Assembly: GCA_964244895.1 (NCBI GenBank) | Contig: CAXTKV010000119.1 | Span: 1-16,141 of the forward strand | DNA: 16,141 nucleotides | Source of the DNA: an uncultured Deinococcales bacterium | GTDB lineage: Bacteria; Deinococcota; Deinococci; Deinococcales; JAAFIG01 | Direction of reading: 5' to 3' | Shown: positions 14,539 to 16,141 of the stretch, in pieces | How the letters are laid out: each line of letters begins with the position of its first letter | Position numbering within the stretch: the stretch's first letter is position 1 | Made by a program: the position numbers and the translations under genes | Notes under the pieces: generated by a model | Databases searched by the model: none | Told to the model about the DNA's origin: nothing | The model's input: the letters and a program-made list of their open reading frames with translations, nothing else

Positions 14539-16104
14539 ATGAACATCCAACACGAGCGATATCGAGCGCGACCTCGGGCCTATCGGCGCTGGCTCGGCGC
14601 AATGGCGCTCGCGCTGGCTTGCGCGGCCTGCACGCAACCCGTCACGCCGCCCGGCCCACCCTCGCCACCCAGCCCACCGCCAGCCTCGCCCGAGCCGTAC
14701 TCGCCCGCGACCAGCTTCCCAGTCACGTACTGCACGGACGGCAAATTCCCCGATCAATGGGTCTGGAATCCCGCCAACCTGCGCGAACCCGCACCGCAAG
14801 CCGCCACCGAAGCCGACGGCAAACCATTGATCAAGCAAGTCCGCGCGGGCAAGGTGATCGCCACGTACACGTCCTTCGGCGGGACGAGCGCGACCACGGC
14901 TGAAAACAACACCGACGCGCACGACGTTTCCGGCGGCGCGTTCCACCGCACGCCCTACACCAACTGGCACGACGGCGACGTGTTCGAGCTCTACCCCGCC
15001 GTGTACCAGGGCGCAGACCAGCAACCCTGGATTGGCCCGCTGGTGGACAACTACCAGAACTTCATGGCTGGCAAATTCACCGTGCCCAGAAACATCACGA
15101 TTCGCGGCATCACGGTCAATGGCAAACGCGCCGTGATCCGCAACCCCAGCACCGGAGCCTCCAACAACACGCTCGGGCAGGGGATCGTGTACGTCGACCA
15201 ATCCGAAAACATCACCATCGAGAACCTCGAGATTCGGGATGTCAGCGCGGGCGGCGGCATCGGCAAGGCGGGCGTGTACGTCAACGGCGCGAAGAACCTG
15301 ACCCTGCGCGACGTGAAAATATCCGGCTTTAAGACGCACGAGGCCAACGGCATCTTTGGCACGGGCAACAACACGGGCACGCTGAAGCTCGAGCGCGTGG
15401 AACTGGATGGGAACGGCGGCGGTGGCGGCCCAGAACACAACGCGTACATCAACGCCAGCACCACCGACCCGAACTTCACCGTGACCATGACGGGTTCCTG
15501 GTCGCACGGCGCGTACTACGGACACCTGTTCAAATCCAGGGCGCAAGTCAATATCCTTGAGGGCAATTACTTCATGGGATCAAAATGGGACGGCACGACG
15601 CAGACGGAGAATTACCTGGCGGACTTCCCGAACGGCGGTCGCGTGACGTTGCGCAACAACATTTTTGTCAAGAACCATTCCGGCGATAACTCGAACGCCA
15701 TGTCCGTCACCTACGCGATGGAAGGCGTTCCTGACGCTCGAGCCCTTAGCCTGGACATCCAGCACAACACCTTCGTGGCGCTGGATCGGTACTACGATGG
15801 CAGCCACCCGCTCTACCCGATGCAGTTCTATTACCCGGCCAGAATCCCGACCGACGCGGGTTTTCCCGTCCCGAACGCGGTCATCGCGCACAACGTTTTT
15901 GTCGGGTACTGCAAGCAAAACCAGCCTTTCATGGACTACCGGGGCGAGAATCCATTGGAACTGAACTTCAACCAGATTGACCAGAGCTTCCGCCCTCGAG
16001 ACGCGGGCATTACCGGGAATCCCGCCATCAAAGGCACGCTCGAGTACGCGCACCCGTTGAAAATTATTCCCAGAACCACGTCCTTGCCCGGTGCAAGAGA
16101 TTAG
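14539..16104 (+). CDS. Lipoprotein with right-handed parallel beta-helix (pectin lyase-like) domain, function unknown
   Basis: Signal peptide with lipobox ACAA-C; Pro-rich linker; Asn/Gly-rich beta-strand repeats (NITIRG, NITIENLEI, NLTLRDVKI, LEGNYF, LRNNIF, IQHNTF); motifs EHNAYI and GHLFKSRA. Confidence 0.8.
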   Translation: MNIQHERYRARPRAYRRWLGAMALALACAACTQPVTPPGPPSPPSPPPASPEPYSPATSFPVTYCTDGKFPDQWVWNPANLREPAPQAATEADGKPLIKQVRAGKVIATYTSFGGTSATTAENNTDAHDVSGGAFHRTPYTNWHDGDVFELYPAVYQGADQQPWIGPLVDNYQNFMAGKFTVPRNITIRGITVNGKRAVIRNPSTGASNNTLGQGIVYVDQSENITIENLEIRDVSAGGGIGKAGVYVNGAKNLTLRDVKISGFKTHEANGIFGTGNNTGTLKLERVELDGNGGGGGPEHNAYINASTTDPNFTVTMTGSWSHGAYYGHLFKSRAQVNILEGNYFMGSKWDGTTQTENYLADFPNGGRVTLRNNIFVKNHSGDNSNAMSVTYAMEGVPDARALSLDIQHNTFVALDRYYDGSHPLYPMQFYYPARIPTDAGFPVPNAVIAHNVFVGYCKQNQPFMDYRGENPLELNFNQIDQSFRPRDAGITGNPAIKGTLEYAHPLKIIPRTTSLPGARD

Positions 16105-16120
16105 CGATGATTGACTTCAA

Positions 16121-16141
16121 GAACACCGTCCAGGACGCAAA
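16121..16141. repeat. Dispersed palindromic repeat, family A, copy 7 (left arm only, cut by window edge)
   Basis: GAACACCGTCCAGGACGCAAA, 16 nt after stop 16104. Confidence 0.8.

Noticed and set aside
14476..15546. 356-aa minus-strand ORF and other short overlapping ORFs in the track
   Set aside because: Antisense or alternate-frame shadows of supported genes with no independent evidence.
1114..16141. Family A repeats as a CRISPR array or integron attC sites
   Set aside because: Copies are kilobases apart with no regular spacers and no cas genes. They lack RYYYAAC/GTTRRRY ends, flank genes in both orientations, and no integrase is present.

Overview
High-GC bacterial chromosome segment, probably Deinococcota (inferred from a FadN-type fusion, a match to the Thermus FadR operator, and many apparently leaderless genes). 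Genes in order: a 5'-truncated Rcp1-like response regulator, two hypothetical genes, a TetR-SMR efflux operon, a Pro-stalked cupredoxin lipoprotein, a divergent NmrA-like SDR/TetR pair, a ~1414-aa lipoprotein (3x NPCBM, 4x FN3, poly-Pro linkers, galactose/glyoxal oxidase AA5-like domain), a divergent SDR/HxlR pair, a FadN-like beta-oxidation enzyme, an antitoxin plus frameshifted RelE/ParE toxin, and a beta-helix lipoprotein. The most unusual signals lie in the DNA itself. (1) A palindromic repeat family (AACACCGTCCAGCACGC...GCGTGCTGGACGGTGTT) sits just 3' of seven genes and shows compensatory changes; a collapsed copy lies in-frame inside fadN, and the same core appears in a putative TetR operator. 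(2) A separate GTAG-class REP doublet is present. (3) CTCGAG is very strongly enriched (about 75 copies by hand count), as in a HIP1-like system. All calls come from reading the sequence; no searches were run.
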